Shown here one piece after another: positions 44,588-52,473 of a DNA stretch of 64,000 nt (the first letter of the stretch is position 1; each line of letters opens with the position of its first letter). Source of the DNA: an uncultured Gaiellaceae bacterium (GTDB taxonomy: Bacteria > Actinomycetota > Thermoleophilia > Gaiellales > Gaiellaceae); the NCBI GenBank assembly GCA_963820635.1, contig CAWGAN010000003.1, positions 583,459 through 647,458 on the forward strand, given 5' to 3'. The position numbers were made by a program, and so were the translations under genes. The notes under the pieces are model-generated. The model did no database searches. It was not told the DNA's origin and saw only the letters and a list, made by a program, of their open reading frames with translations.

Positions 44588-47500
44588 CTACACCAATGCC
44601 ACGTCGTCCAGAAGAGCGCGCAGTTGGCGGAGTCCAACGACGTTACCCTTGGCCTCGTACAGCTCGAGTGCGTCGACGTAGGCAGCGCGCGCGTCTTCCG
44701 TTCGCCCTGCACGTGTGAGGATCTCACCCAGATCGCGGCACGCTTTCGCATGCTGATTGAGCGCATCGGTCGTCTCCGCAAGCTCGACGGCGGCGGCCGC
44801 CAGCTCCATGGCATCCTCGAGACGGTCAAGATGCGCCAGGACCTTTGCCCGAACGGGCATCCAGAGCACACGGGCGTCAACGTCATCGGCGGCCGAGTGC
44901 CGCTCTGCGACATCGGTCCAGGCCGAAGCTTCGTCGAAGCGCGCCAGCCGGTAGAGCGCCTCGGCACGGTCGCCCGCGCGGCTTGCGAGATGGCTGAACC
45001 CCCGAGTCTGCTCTAGCTCGCCACAGAGCCAGCGGAGCGTGGCTTCCGCCGCGATGACATCGCCCGCGAGGAGCTCGACATCTCCGAGGATCGCCGCGCT
45101 GAACGTCGCCGCCGAGGCCCGCTGTCCCAGCTCATCGAACGTCGCCCTGGCCGACGAGACGAGCGAGCGAGCTCGGTCGAAATCGCCCGTCTGCGCAACG
45201 AGACCGCCCAGGTACACCTCGATATTGGCTTGTCCGTATCGGTTCAGTGCCTCCGTCTCAATCAGCGCGTCACAGCGATCGATGGCATCCGCCACGCGTG
45301 TGGACCCGTAGTACAGCGCCTTCGCGATCTCGCCGGTCGCTGTCGAAGTCGGCCAGGTCGAACGCATGTAGTGGGTGAGTGCGCGCTCCGCCGCCGTCAG
45401 TCGCACGTCGTGATGGCCGCGATGCCCTCCCTCGATCCAACCAGCCAGAAGCAGCGCTCGGCCAACTGACCTGTCGTCACCTGCAGCCTCGAACACCGGG
45501 ATCGCGTCCGCCGTGATGGAGAGCAGGTCGTCGCCGGTGTCCGACCGAAGATGGATCCCCACATACGCGCCCTCCATCCGCGCATGGAGCTCGGTCGTCC
45601 TGTCGCCCACGGCGGTCGCGAGCCCGATGGCGCGCTCCACCGACGCGAGCGATGCCTCGAGATCTCCTCCTGCCCGCAGAGCGATCGCAAGCTCGGTCAG
45701 GAGCTCAGCCTCGAGCGCCGAAGGCAACGGGATCGCGGTCGCACGGCGAAGCAGGCCGATCGCCGCCGGTACGTCGCCTCGCTTCGCTGCACGGACACCG
45801 GCTTCACCCAGGCGGCGGCCCGCGTCGTCCGCGAGGCGCTCGGTCCTTCGATCCGATTCGCCAAGCTCGCTCCGCAGCCGGTACGCCCGCTCGAGGTGGT
45901 GGCCGACGAACTCGTCGAGCTCGGTGAGCTCCGCGTGGGCCTCCTCCAGCCTGTCCGCGTAGCGCTCGTGGAGGTCGGCGCGGAGCCGTTTTGGTGCCGC
46001 GCGATAGACCGCCTCTTGCACGAGGACGTGACGGAAGCTGAACGCCGTCTCGCCGCGTGGCCGTACAAACCCGCGATCGGAAAGAGTGCGCAGGTGAGAG
46101 TCGGCGGTCGGAGTCGCCTCCGGCTCGAGGAGCGATGTCAGGTCCTCGGCACTGAAGTCCTTGCCGATCACGGCGCCGCGTTCGAGCACCGCGCGCTCGC
46201 CGGGGCCGAGGCGGTCGAGACGTGCAGCGAGCAGCGCCTGGATCGTCTCCGGCAGCACACGCTCGGCGAGGCCACCTTCCAGCGCGAGGGCGAGGAGCTG
46301 TTCGAGGAAGAGGGGGTTTCCCTCCGCGGTCTCGGCGATGCGTACGCGCTGGTCCGACTCGAGCGTCGTCCCACCGAGGCCCTCGAGCAGCGCGTCCGTC
46401 TCGGCGGCGGAGAGCGTGTCGAGGAGAATCCTGTCCGCATTCGCGCGTCCCTCGAGGAACGTCGGCCGCTCCTCGAGGAGCTCCTCACGCGCGAGACACA
46501 CCACTGAGATCGCACCCGTCCCCTTGTCCACGAGGTGCTCGAGGAGCTCGAGGAACGTCGGCTCAGCCCAATGGACATCGTCGAAGACGAGGACGAGCGG
46601 CCGCTCGCGCGCGCTCGCTTCGCAGAACCGGCGGAAGAGCCAGGCGAGCTCGGGCGCGGGCGGCGGCGTCTCGGCGTCGAGCGAGGCGAGAACGGCGCTG
46701 CGCTCCTCGCTCGCTCCCGCGCGGTCGAGAACTTCGCGCAGCGGCCAGTACGTGATGCCCTCGCCGTACGAGAGACATCGGCCCCAGAGGGTCGTCACGC
46801 CCTTCGCGCGCCGGGTCAGCTCGGCGGCGAGGCGCGACTTCCCGACGCCGGGCGAGCCGACGACGACCGCGACGCGCATGACTGCACCGTCTCTGGAGCG
46901 CTTGAGCGTCCGTCGAAGCGCCGCGAGCTCGCGCTTGCGGCCGACGAGGCGCGCATCCTGCCGCTGCTGGAAGGCCGGCGCGATCGGGCTCAGCTCGAGT
47001 AGCCGATACGCGAGCACCGGCTCGCGCTTGCCCTTGATCGCGACCTCGCCCAGCGGATCCAGCACGGCGACGTGGTCGATCAGCCGCGCGGCGAGCGCGC
47101 CCACGACGATCTCGTTCGCGGCGGCGGCGGCTTCGAGCTTCGCGGCGATCCCGACCGCCTCGCCCGTGACGAGGCGCTGCCGAGCCTCGGTGGGGGTCGC
47201 GACGACCTCGCCCGCCTCGATCCCGATGCGGATCTCGAGCCCTACCGCGTGCTGTCGCGCGAGCTGCTCGTTGAGCGCCGCGATGCCGACGCGAATGTCG
47301 AGCGCCGCGCGGGCCGCGCGCAGCGCGTCGTCCTCGTGCGAGACGGGGATTCCGAACGCAGCCATGACCGCGTCGCCCGCGTACTTCTCCACCGAGCCGT
47401 CATGGCGCGCGATCGCCGCCGAAACCGTCTCGAAGTAGCTCCGCAGTACGGTGCCGAGCGCCTCCGGATCGAGCGCCTCCGCCAGAGCCATCGACTCGAC

Positions 47501-48340
47501 CACGTCGACGAAGAGGATCGTGACGAGCCGGCGGAACTGCATCGCCGGCCGCGCGAGCGGAGCCTCCTCTAGGAGCAGCGACTCGTCCTGGCGCAGGATC
47601 GCGGCCTCGAGCTCGCGCAGCTCGGGCCCGGGGTCGATCCCGAGCTCCTCGACGAGTGTCTCGCGTGCGGTGCGGTAGGCGGCGAGCGCGTCCGCCTGGC
47701 GACCCGAGCGGTAGAGCGCGAGCATGAGCTGCGCGCGAGGCCGCTCGCGAAGAGGCTGAGCGGCGACAAGCGCCTCGAGCTCGGAGACGAGCTCGGCGTG
47801 GCGGCCGAGCGCGAGGTCGGCTTCGATCCGCTCCTCGACGGCGACCGTGCGAAGCTCCTCGAGCCGGGCGATCTCGGTCTGCGCGAACGGCTCGTACAGG
47901 AAATCGGCGAGCGCGGGACCGCGCCAGAGCGCGAGCGCCTCACGGAGCGCACCTTCGGCCGCAGCAGGGTCCCCGCCCTCGAGAGCCGCCCGTCCGTCCT
48001 GCGCGAGACCGGCGAAACGGTGGACGTCGACGCGCTCAGGGGCGAGCTCGAGCTCATAGCCGGGCGCGCGTGCGGCGATCACGGGGCCGAGCGCCTTGCG
48101 GAGCTGCGAGACGTAGACCTGGACGGCGTGCGCGGCGGTCTCGGGTGGGTCGCCGGGCCATAGCGCCTCCACGAGCTTGTCGACGGAGACGACACGGCCC
48201 GGCTCGATTGCGAGCACGGCGAGGAGCGCGCGCGGCTTCGGCCCTCCGAGTGTGGCGGGGACGCCGTCCCGCTCGGCCTCGATAGGGCCGAGGAGCCGTA
48301 CGTCGAGCTCTGGGGTGCCTGCCCCGCTCGCTCCGTCCAT
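44588..48340 (-). CDS. SARP (wHTH+BTAD) / class III adenylate-guanylate cyclase / AAA-STAND ATPase / TPR protein (1250 aa, intact)
   Basis: LDVRLLGPIEAERDGVPATLGGPKPRALLAVLAIEPGRVVSVDKLVEALWPG (wHTH). RAQLMLALYRSGRQADALAAYRTARETLVEELGIDPGPELRELE (BTAD). VTILFVDVVESMALAE...GDAVMAAFGIP (cyclase). VVVGSPGVGKSRLAAEL and LVLVFDDVHWAE (Walker A/B). A long TPR-like C-terminus follows. Confidence 0.88.
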   Translation of the reverse strand: MDGASGAGTPELDVRLLGPIEAERDGVPATLGGPKPRALLAVLAIEPGRVVSVDKLVEALWPGDPPETAAHAVQVYVSQLRKALGPVIAARAPGYELELAPERVDVHRFAGLAQDGRAALEGGDPAAAEGALREALALWRGPALADFLYEPFAQTEIARLEELRTVAVEERIEADLALGRHAELVSELEALVAAQPLRERPRAQLMLALYRSGRQADALAAYRTARETLVEELGIDPGPELRELEAAILRQDESLLLEEAPLARPAMQFRRLVTILFVDVVESMALAEALDPEALGTVLRSYFETVSAAIARHDGSVEKYAGDAVMAAFGIPVSHEDDALRAARAALDIRVGIAALNEQLARQHAVGLEIRIGIEAGEVVATPTEARQRLVTGEAVGIAAKLEAAAAANEIVVGALAARLIDHVAVLDPLGEVAIKGKREPVLAYRLLELSPIAPAFQQRQDARLVGRKRELAALRRTLKRSRDGAVMRVAVVVGSPGVGKSRLAAELTRRAKGVTTLWGRCLSYGEGITYWPLREVLDRAGASEERSAVLASLDAETPPPAPELAWLFRRFCEASARERPLVLVFDDVHWAEPTFLELLEHLVDKGTGAISVVCLAREELLEERPTFLEGRANADRILLDTLSAAETDALLEGLGGTTLESDQRVRIAETAEGNPLFLEQLLALALEGGLAERVLPETIQALLAARLDRLGPGERAVLERGAVIGKDFSAEDLTSLLEPEATPTADSHLRTLSDRGFVRPRGETAFSFRHVLVQEAVYRAAPKRLRADLHERYADRLEEAHAELTELDEFVGHHLERAYRLRSELGESDRRTERLADDAGRRLGEAGVRAAKRGDVPAAIGLLRRATAIPLPSALEAELLTELAIALRAGGDLEASLASVERAIGLATAVGDRTTELHARMEGAYVGIHLRSDTGDDLLSITADAIPVFEAAGDDRSVGRALLLAGWIEGGHRGHHDVRLTAAERALTHYMRSTWPTSTATGEIAKALYYGSTRVADAIDRCDALIETEALNRYGQANIEVYLGGLVAQTGDFDRARSLVSSARATFDELGQRASAATFSAAILGDVELLAGDVIAAEATLRWLCGELEQTRGFSHLASRAGDRAEALYRLARFDEASAWTDVAERHSAADDVDARVLWMPVRAKVLAHLDRLEDAMELAAAAVELAETTDALNQHAKACRDLGEILTRAGRTEDARAAYVDALELYEAKGNVVGLRQLRALLDDVALV

Positions 48341-48405
48341 TCGTCGTCCCTCGATCTTGTGTGCCGTCGCACCTTCTCACGGTTGTCTGCGAATTTCCAT
48401 CCCCG

Positions 48406-48427
48406 TCTTGAGCCGTTCTTGAGAGGG
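48406..48427 (+). promoter_or_regulatory. Pair of identical 11-bp-phased TCTTGAG repeats upstream of the 127-aa ORF
   Basis: TCTTGAGccgt TCTTGAGaggg. The second heptamer ends exactly 50 nt before ATG 48474. Weaker TTCTCA/TGTCTG units lie upstream at about 48373-48405. Confidence 0.55.
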
Positions 48428-48473
48428 CGCGCGCACGCTGTGGCCATGCGAAACCCCAACCACGGAGGTCCTC

Positions 48474-48857
48474 ATGACTGCCCTCGTCGTCACCGTCTCG
48501 CCCGCGAACGGAATGTCCGACAAGGAGGGACGCATCGGGATCTTCCCAGGAGGGGCGACGACGACGATGTACCCGGCGAGCACGCCGTTCTGGGTGGGCT
48601 ACGGCTTTGCAGCCGACTCGGTCGGAGGCGTCGATCTCGAGGTCGACACGACGCGGTTCGAGCTCGACGTCGACGGGGAGCCCGTCTCGATGCTCACCGA
48701 CGTGCACACGGAGTCCGGGCTTCCCGTGCGCAAGACGAACATCGCCGAGTTTCCCGACGGCCTTCCCGCCGGCTGGCACGACTTCACCGGGCGCTGGTAC
48801 GACGGCGGGCGCCTGATCCTCTCGAGCCGCGCGGCGATCCAGTTCGTCGAGCCTTGA
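48474..48857 (+). CDS. Hypothetical 127-aa protein
   Basis: Intact ORF with a GGAGG RBS: MTALVVTVSPANGMSDKEGRIGIFPGGATTTMYPASTPFWVGYGF... I see no signal peptide and no recognised family. Confidence 0.5.
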   Translation: MTALVVTVSPANGMSDKEGRIGIFPGGATTTMYPASTPFWVGYGFAADSVGGVDLEVDTTRFELDVDGEPVSMLTDVHTESGLPVRKTNIAEFPDGLPAGWHDFTGRWYDGGRLILSSRAAIQFVEP

Positions 48858-48895
48858 GCGTTTCTTGAGCGTCGTCTCGCACGGTTCTCAACACC
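48852..48895 (+). promoter_or_regulatory. Four 11-bp-phased units (two TTGAG-type, two TCTC-type) upstream of the 159-aa ORF
   Basis: CCTTGAGcgtt TCTTGAGcgtc GTCTCGCacgg TTCTCAAcacc. The last heptamer ends exactly 50 nt before ATG 48942. The first unit contains the upstream TGA. Confidence 0.5.
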
Positions 48896-48941
48896 ACAAC
48901 GCGTCGATCCGGATGGTCGGCGCACGAAAGCGAGGTTCGGA

Positions 48942-49421
48942 ATGAACGGACTGAAGATGCGGCGCCCGAGCCCGGCACTCGTCGTTGCGACCGTCGCGCT
49001 CTTCGTCGCACTCGGTGGAACCGCAGGTGCCGTCGTGACGCAGGCGGTGCCGCTCGCGAAGCGGGCGCTCGTTGCCGAAAACGCGAAGAAGCTCGGCGGC
49101 CAGACCGCTGCACAGGTCTCGGCGCAGGCGGTCAAGGCTGCGCAGGCCGCGGCGGCGGCTCCGGGGCCTGCCAGCACGGCGGCCGGCCTCGTGAGCACGA
49201 AGACGCAGTCGGCGTCCATCGCCGCCGACGACGCGCAGCTGTACAAGGTCAGTTGCGACGCGGGTCAGAAGGTGATCGGCGGAGGATTCTCGTCCGACGG
49301 GCCGGTTCAGGAGTTCGTCGAGTCCCGTCCCGAGAACGACACGACGTGGTCGATCGGGCTCATCAACTTCGACTCGGGCGCAGGGCACAGCGTCACGCTG
49401 TACGCCGTCTGCCTCAAGTAG
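48942..49421 (+). CDS. Membrane-anchored or secreted 159-aa protein, unknown function
   Basis: N-terminal helix PALVVATVALFVALGGTAGAVV, an Ala-rich linker, and a C-terminal two-Cys domain (YKVSCDAGQKVIGGGFSSDG...VTLYAVCLK). Confidence 0.5.
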   Translation: MNGLKMRRPSPALVVATVALFVALGGTAGAVVTQAVPLAKRALVAENAKKLGGQTAAQVSAQAVKAAQAAAAAPGPASTAAGLVSTKTQSASIAADDAQLYKVSCDAGQKVIGGGFSSDGPVQEFVESRPENDTTWSIGLINFDSGAGHSVTLYAVCLK

Positions 49422-49434
49422 GGGAGGGAAGAAC

Positions 49435-49470
49435 GACCGCCGGCGCGCACTCCGTCCCGCGCCGGCGGTC
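49435..49470. terminator. Bidirectional hairpin between the 159-aa gene and the convergent MFS gene
   Basis: GACCGCCGGCGCG-cactccgtcc-CGCGCCGGCGGTC is a 13-bp perfect stem. Confidence 0.65.
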
Positions 49471-49473
49471 GCT

Positions 49474-50688
49474 CTACGTCACGGCGAGCTCGGTCACGGG
49501 CTCGCCGTCACTATGCCGCCACGTGATCGCCGCGAAGACGATCGCCATCCACGTGATCCCGAGGACGACGGCAGTGAAGAGCGGCACGACGCCCCAGTTC
49601 TCGAGGACCTGACCGGCGACGAGGAAGCCGAGCGGCGCGGCGAGCGTGTTGACCGAGATGACGGCGGTCATCACCTTCGCCCGGAGGTTCGCCGGCGTGC
49701 GAGCGGTGAGGACGGCGAGCGTCGGCCCGTTCACGAGCGGCGTGAAGAACGTCGCTGCGAAGAGGGCGACGAAGACGACCGGCCACGGAGGGAGGAACGG
49801 CAGTACCCACAGCGGGACCGCGAACGCCAGGATGCCGAGCGCCGCCAGCCGCAGAGGTGGGATCCTTCGCACCGCAAACACGGCGACGAGGCTTCCCACG
49901 AGCGCACCGGCTCCGAGCGCGCCGTAGAAGAGGCCGGCGATCCACGCGCTTCCGTCGAACTCGTCGAAGGCGTACACGGGAAGTCCGGCCGACATACCGG
50001 CGCTGAGGAATCCGAACGCCACAACCGTCGCGGCCATCGGCGCGAGCAGCCTGTCCTGGAGGACGAAGCGAATACCCGCGAGCACGCCGTGCTGGACGGC
50101 CTCGGCCACGGGCTTTCTCCGCGGCACGAACGCGAAAACGAGGACGAACGCGACGAGATACGTGGCCGCATCGACGTACAGGACGTTCGGCGCGCCGATG
50201 AACGGGATGAGCACGCCCGCAAGCACCGGCCCGATCAACGCGGCGAAGGCCGTCCCACCCTCGATCGAGCTGTTCGCCTGCGACATGCGCGTCTCGTCCT
50301 CGCCGACGAGCTCCGGCAGGATCGTCCGCTGTGACGCGAAGTACGGCGGCATGAAGCAGCCGAGCAGGGCGACGATCGCGAGCAGCAACCCGAAGCTGAG
50401 GATGCCCGCCGAGTACAGGAGCGGGATCGAGGCGAGTATCGGAGCGCGCGCGAAGTCCGCGACCAGCATCGTCGTCCGCGACCCGAGCCGCTGAACGACC
50501 GCCCCGCTGGGAATGCCGAGGATCGCCATGGGCAGGATCTCTGCCGCGAGAACGAGGCTCATCTTCCCGGGCGAGCCCGTCGTGACGAGCACGAACCACG
50601 GCAGCGCGAGGTACGTCATCCGCGTGCCGAGCACCGAGATCGTCTCGGCGAGGACGAGCGCGCTCACCGCACTGCGCTTGACCGGCAT
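49474..50688 (-). CDS. MFS transporter (EntS/macrolide-efflux-like)
   Basis: Intact 404-aa ORF with about 12 hydrophobic helices (LALPWFVLVTTGSPGKMSLVLAAEILPMAILGIPSGAVVQRLG...). It is divergent from a TetR gene. Confidence 0.8.
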   Translation of the reverse strand: MPVKRSAVSALVLAETISVLGTRMTYLALPWFVLVTTGSPGKMSLVLAAEILPMAILGIPSGAVVQRLGSRTTMLVADFARAPILASIPLLYSAGILSFGLLLAIVALLGCFMPPYFASQRTILPELVGEDETRMSQANSSIEGGTAFAALIGPVLAGVLIPFIGAPNVLYVDAATYLVAFVLVFAFVPRRKPVAEAVQHGVLAGIRFVLQDRLLAPMAATVVAFGFLSAGMSAGLPVYAFDEFDGSAWIAGLFYGALGAGALVGSLVAVFAVRRIPPLRLAALGILAFAVPLWVLPFLPPWPVVFVALFAATFFTPLVNGPTLAVLTARTPANLRAKVMTAVISVNTLAAPLGFLVAGQVLENWGVVPLFTAVVLGITWMAIVFAAITWRHSDGEPVTELAVT

Positions 50689-50713
50689 GAGCTCGAGCAG
50701 TCTCCATCGCCGA

Positions 50714-50750
50714 GTAATATAAAACGTCTGTACGGTTTTGTAAAGTAGAA
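50714..50750. promoter_or_regulatory. AT-rich divergent promoter/operator region between the MFS and TetR genes
   Basis: GTAATATAAAACGTCTGTACGGTTTTGTAAAGTAGAA stands out against GC-rich flanks. It contains the imperfect palindrome AAAACGT-ctgt-ACGGTTTT (50721-50739). Confidence 0.4.
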
Positions 50751-50759
50751 TCTCCTGCG

Positions 50760-51323
50760 ATGCCGAAGATCACGACCGAGCGCCGAACCGAGCGACGCGA
50801 AGAGATCCTCCACGGCGCGCGCCGCTGTTTCGCCGAGCACGGCTACGAGGGCGCGACGGTGGTGAAGCTGGAGCGTGAGATCGGCCTGTCGCGCGGCGCG
50901 ATCTTCAACTACTTCTCCTCCAAGGACGACCTCTTTCTCGAGCTCGCGCGACGCGACAACGAGCGGTTGATCCAGCTGTGGATGCAGAAGGGCTGGGAGG
51001 CGACGCTGCGCGAGGTCGTCGAGGAGGATCCCGACTGGATCGGCGTCTACCTCGAGCTGAGCCGCAAGGAGCGGACGAATCCCGAGCTCAGCCGGCTGCA
51101 CCGCGCGCAGGCCGAGGAGCTCGCGCCCGCGCTCATCGAGCACGTCCGAGACGAGCAGGCACGCGGCGACCTCCGCGACGACGTACCGGCCGAGAAGATC
51201 GCCGGCTTCGTCAGCATCGTCGCAAACGGAATCGCGGTGCAGCTGGGAAGCGGCGAACGGATCCGCGACGTCGACACGCTCGTCGCGTTCGTCCGAAGCG
51301 CGGTCGGACCGCCTGCTACCTGA
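50760..51323 (+). CDS. TetR-family transcriptional regulator
   Basis: RREEILHGARRCFAEHGYEGATVVKLEREIGLSRGAIFNYFSSKDDLFLEL is the TetR HTH signature. The 187-aa ORF is intact. Confidence 0.88.
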   Translation: MPKITTERRTERREEILHGARRCFAEHGYEGATVVKLEREIGLSRGAIFNYFSSKDDLFLELARRDNERLIQLWMQKGWEATLREVVEEDPDWIGVYLELSRKERTNPELSRLHRAQAEELAPALIEHVRDEQARGDLRDDVPAEKIAGFVSIVANGIAVQLGSGERIRDVDTLVAFVRSAVGPPAT

Positions 51324-51861
51324 GCTCGTCCGGGTACGCCTTCGCGTACACGCGCCGGACGCGCTCGACCTCGTCGACGTACGCCCTGGTCTCCGGAAAC
51401 GCGATCCCACTGCCGTCCGCGAGCCACCGATCGACGTTCCCCTGCCCGGCGTGGTACGCGGCGAGCGCGAGCCGCGTGTCGCGGTCGTAGCGATCACGAA
51501 GGTGGTCGAGGTACCACGAGCCGTAGCGCACGTTGATCTCCGGATCGCGGAGATCCGACAGGACGAACTCGTCTCCGCCGGTGCGCAGCGCAATGCCTTT
51601 CGCGGTGTCCGGCAGGAGCTGCATCAGACCGACTGCGCCCGCCTCGGACTCCACATCCGGATCGAATCGGCTCTCCGCGTAGATCACGGCCGCGAGGAGC
51701 GCCGGGTCGAGATCGTAGTTCCGTGCATGAGCGCTGACGATGTGCTCGTACTCGAGCGGATAGCGCGCACGCAGGAACCAGTCCGGCTCGGCCTCGACGA
51801 CCCAGGCCGCGACGCCCGCGAACGCGAGCAACGCAACGGAGACTCCAACGAGGAACCGCAT
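51316..51861 (-). CDS. Lytic transglycosylase (SLT domain) with N-terminal anchor
   Basis: MRFLVGVSVALLAFAGVAAW...AVIYAESRFDPDVESEAGAVGLMQLLPDTAKGIA...AAYHAGQGNVDRW. Confidence 0.85.
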   Translation of the reverse strand: MRFLVGVSVALLAFAGVAAWVVEAEPDWFLRARYPLEYEHIVSAHARNYDLDPALLAAVIYAESRFDPDVESEAGAVGLMQLLPDTAKGIALRTGGDEFVLSDLRDPEINVRYGSWYLDHLRDRYDRDTRLALAAYHAGQGNVDRWLADGSGIAFPETRAYVDEVERVRRVYAKAYPDELR

Positions 51862-51871
51862 GGGGAGTGGC

Positions 51872-52463
51872 TCAAGAAGCCTGAGTCAGCGTAGCCATCA
51901 CCTCTGCCACCCACGCGTCGAGCTGCTCGGGGGTGCCGGTGTTGACGTACGTGAAGTCGGCACGCTTCGCCTTCTCGCGGTCCGGCAGCAGCCGTGCCTC
52001 GCGGTCGTCCGCGCGTCCCCGGCGAGCCTCGCGGAGCTTGGACGGGCGCCGTGACCACGACCACCTTGTCGAAGCGCGTCTCCGCTCCGACCTCGTAGAG
52101 AAGCGGCACCTCGGTGACGCAGACCTGCGGCGGGCTCGGAAGGTCCGCGAGCTGCTCGCGCCAGGTCATGTACTCGCGCGAGACGAGCGGGTGGAGGAGC
52201 TTCTCGAGGAAGTCGAGCGCTTCGCGGTCCCGGAACACACGGAACGCGATGCGCTCGCGGTCGGGTGCGCCGTCCTCGCCGAGGATCTCCTCGCCGAGGC
52301 GCTCGACGAGCGCGCGCTTGACCTCCGGGTCGGTCGCGAGGAGGTGGTGGACGATCTCGTCGCTCGACACGGTCGCCGCGCCGTGCCTGCGGAACGACTC
52401 GAGCGCCGTCGACTTGCCGGCTCCGATCCCGCCGGTGATCGCGACCGCGAGCGGGCGGGTCAC
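51872..52463 (-). CDS. coaE: Dephospho-CoA kinase, one apparent frameshift at 52044-52046
   Basis: VTRPLAVAITGGIGAGKSTALESFRRHGAATVSSDEIVHHLL...VTEVPLLYE...FDKVVVVTAP. After removing one base the frame continues SKLREARRGRADDREARLLPDREKAKRADFTYVNTG... Confidence 0.85.
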
Positions 52464-52473
52464 GAGACGATTG

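Noticed and set aside
44215-44967. 250-aa minus-strand ORF spanning the 44.2-44.6 kb intergenic region
   Set aside because: Its product is Arg/Ser/Pro-rich with no motifs. The ORF is out of frame over the 3' end of the 1250-aa SARP-cyclase gene, and it runs through a terminator hairpin and the phased repeat array.
36300-49470. Calling the 36.3-49.4 kb region a mobile genomic island
   Set aside because: I found no integrase, transposase, flanking tRNA or terminal direct repeats, and base composition looks like the rest of the window. It is accessory-looking by gene content only.
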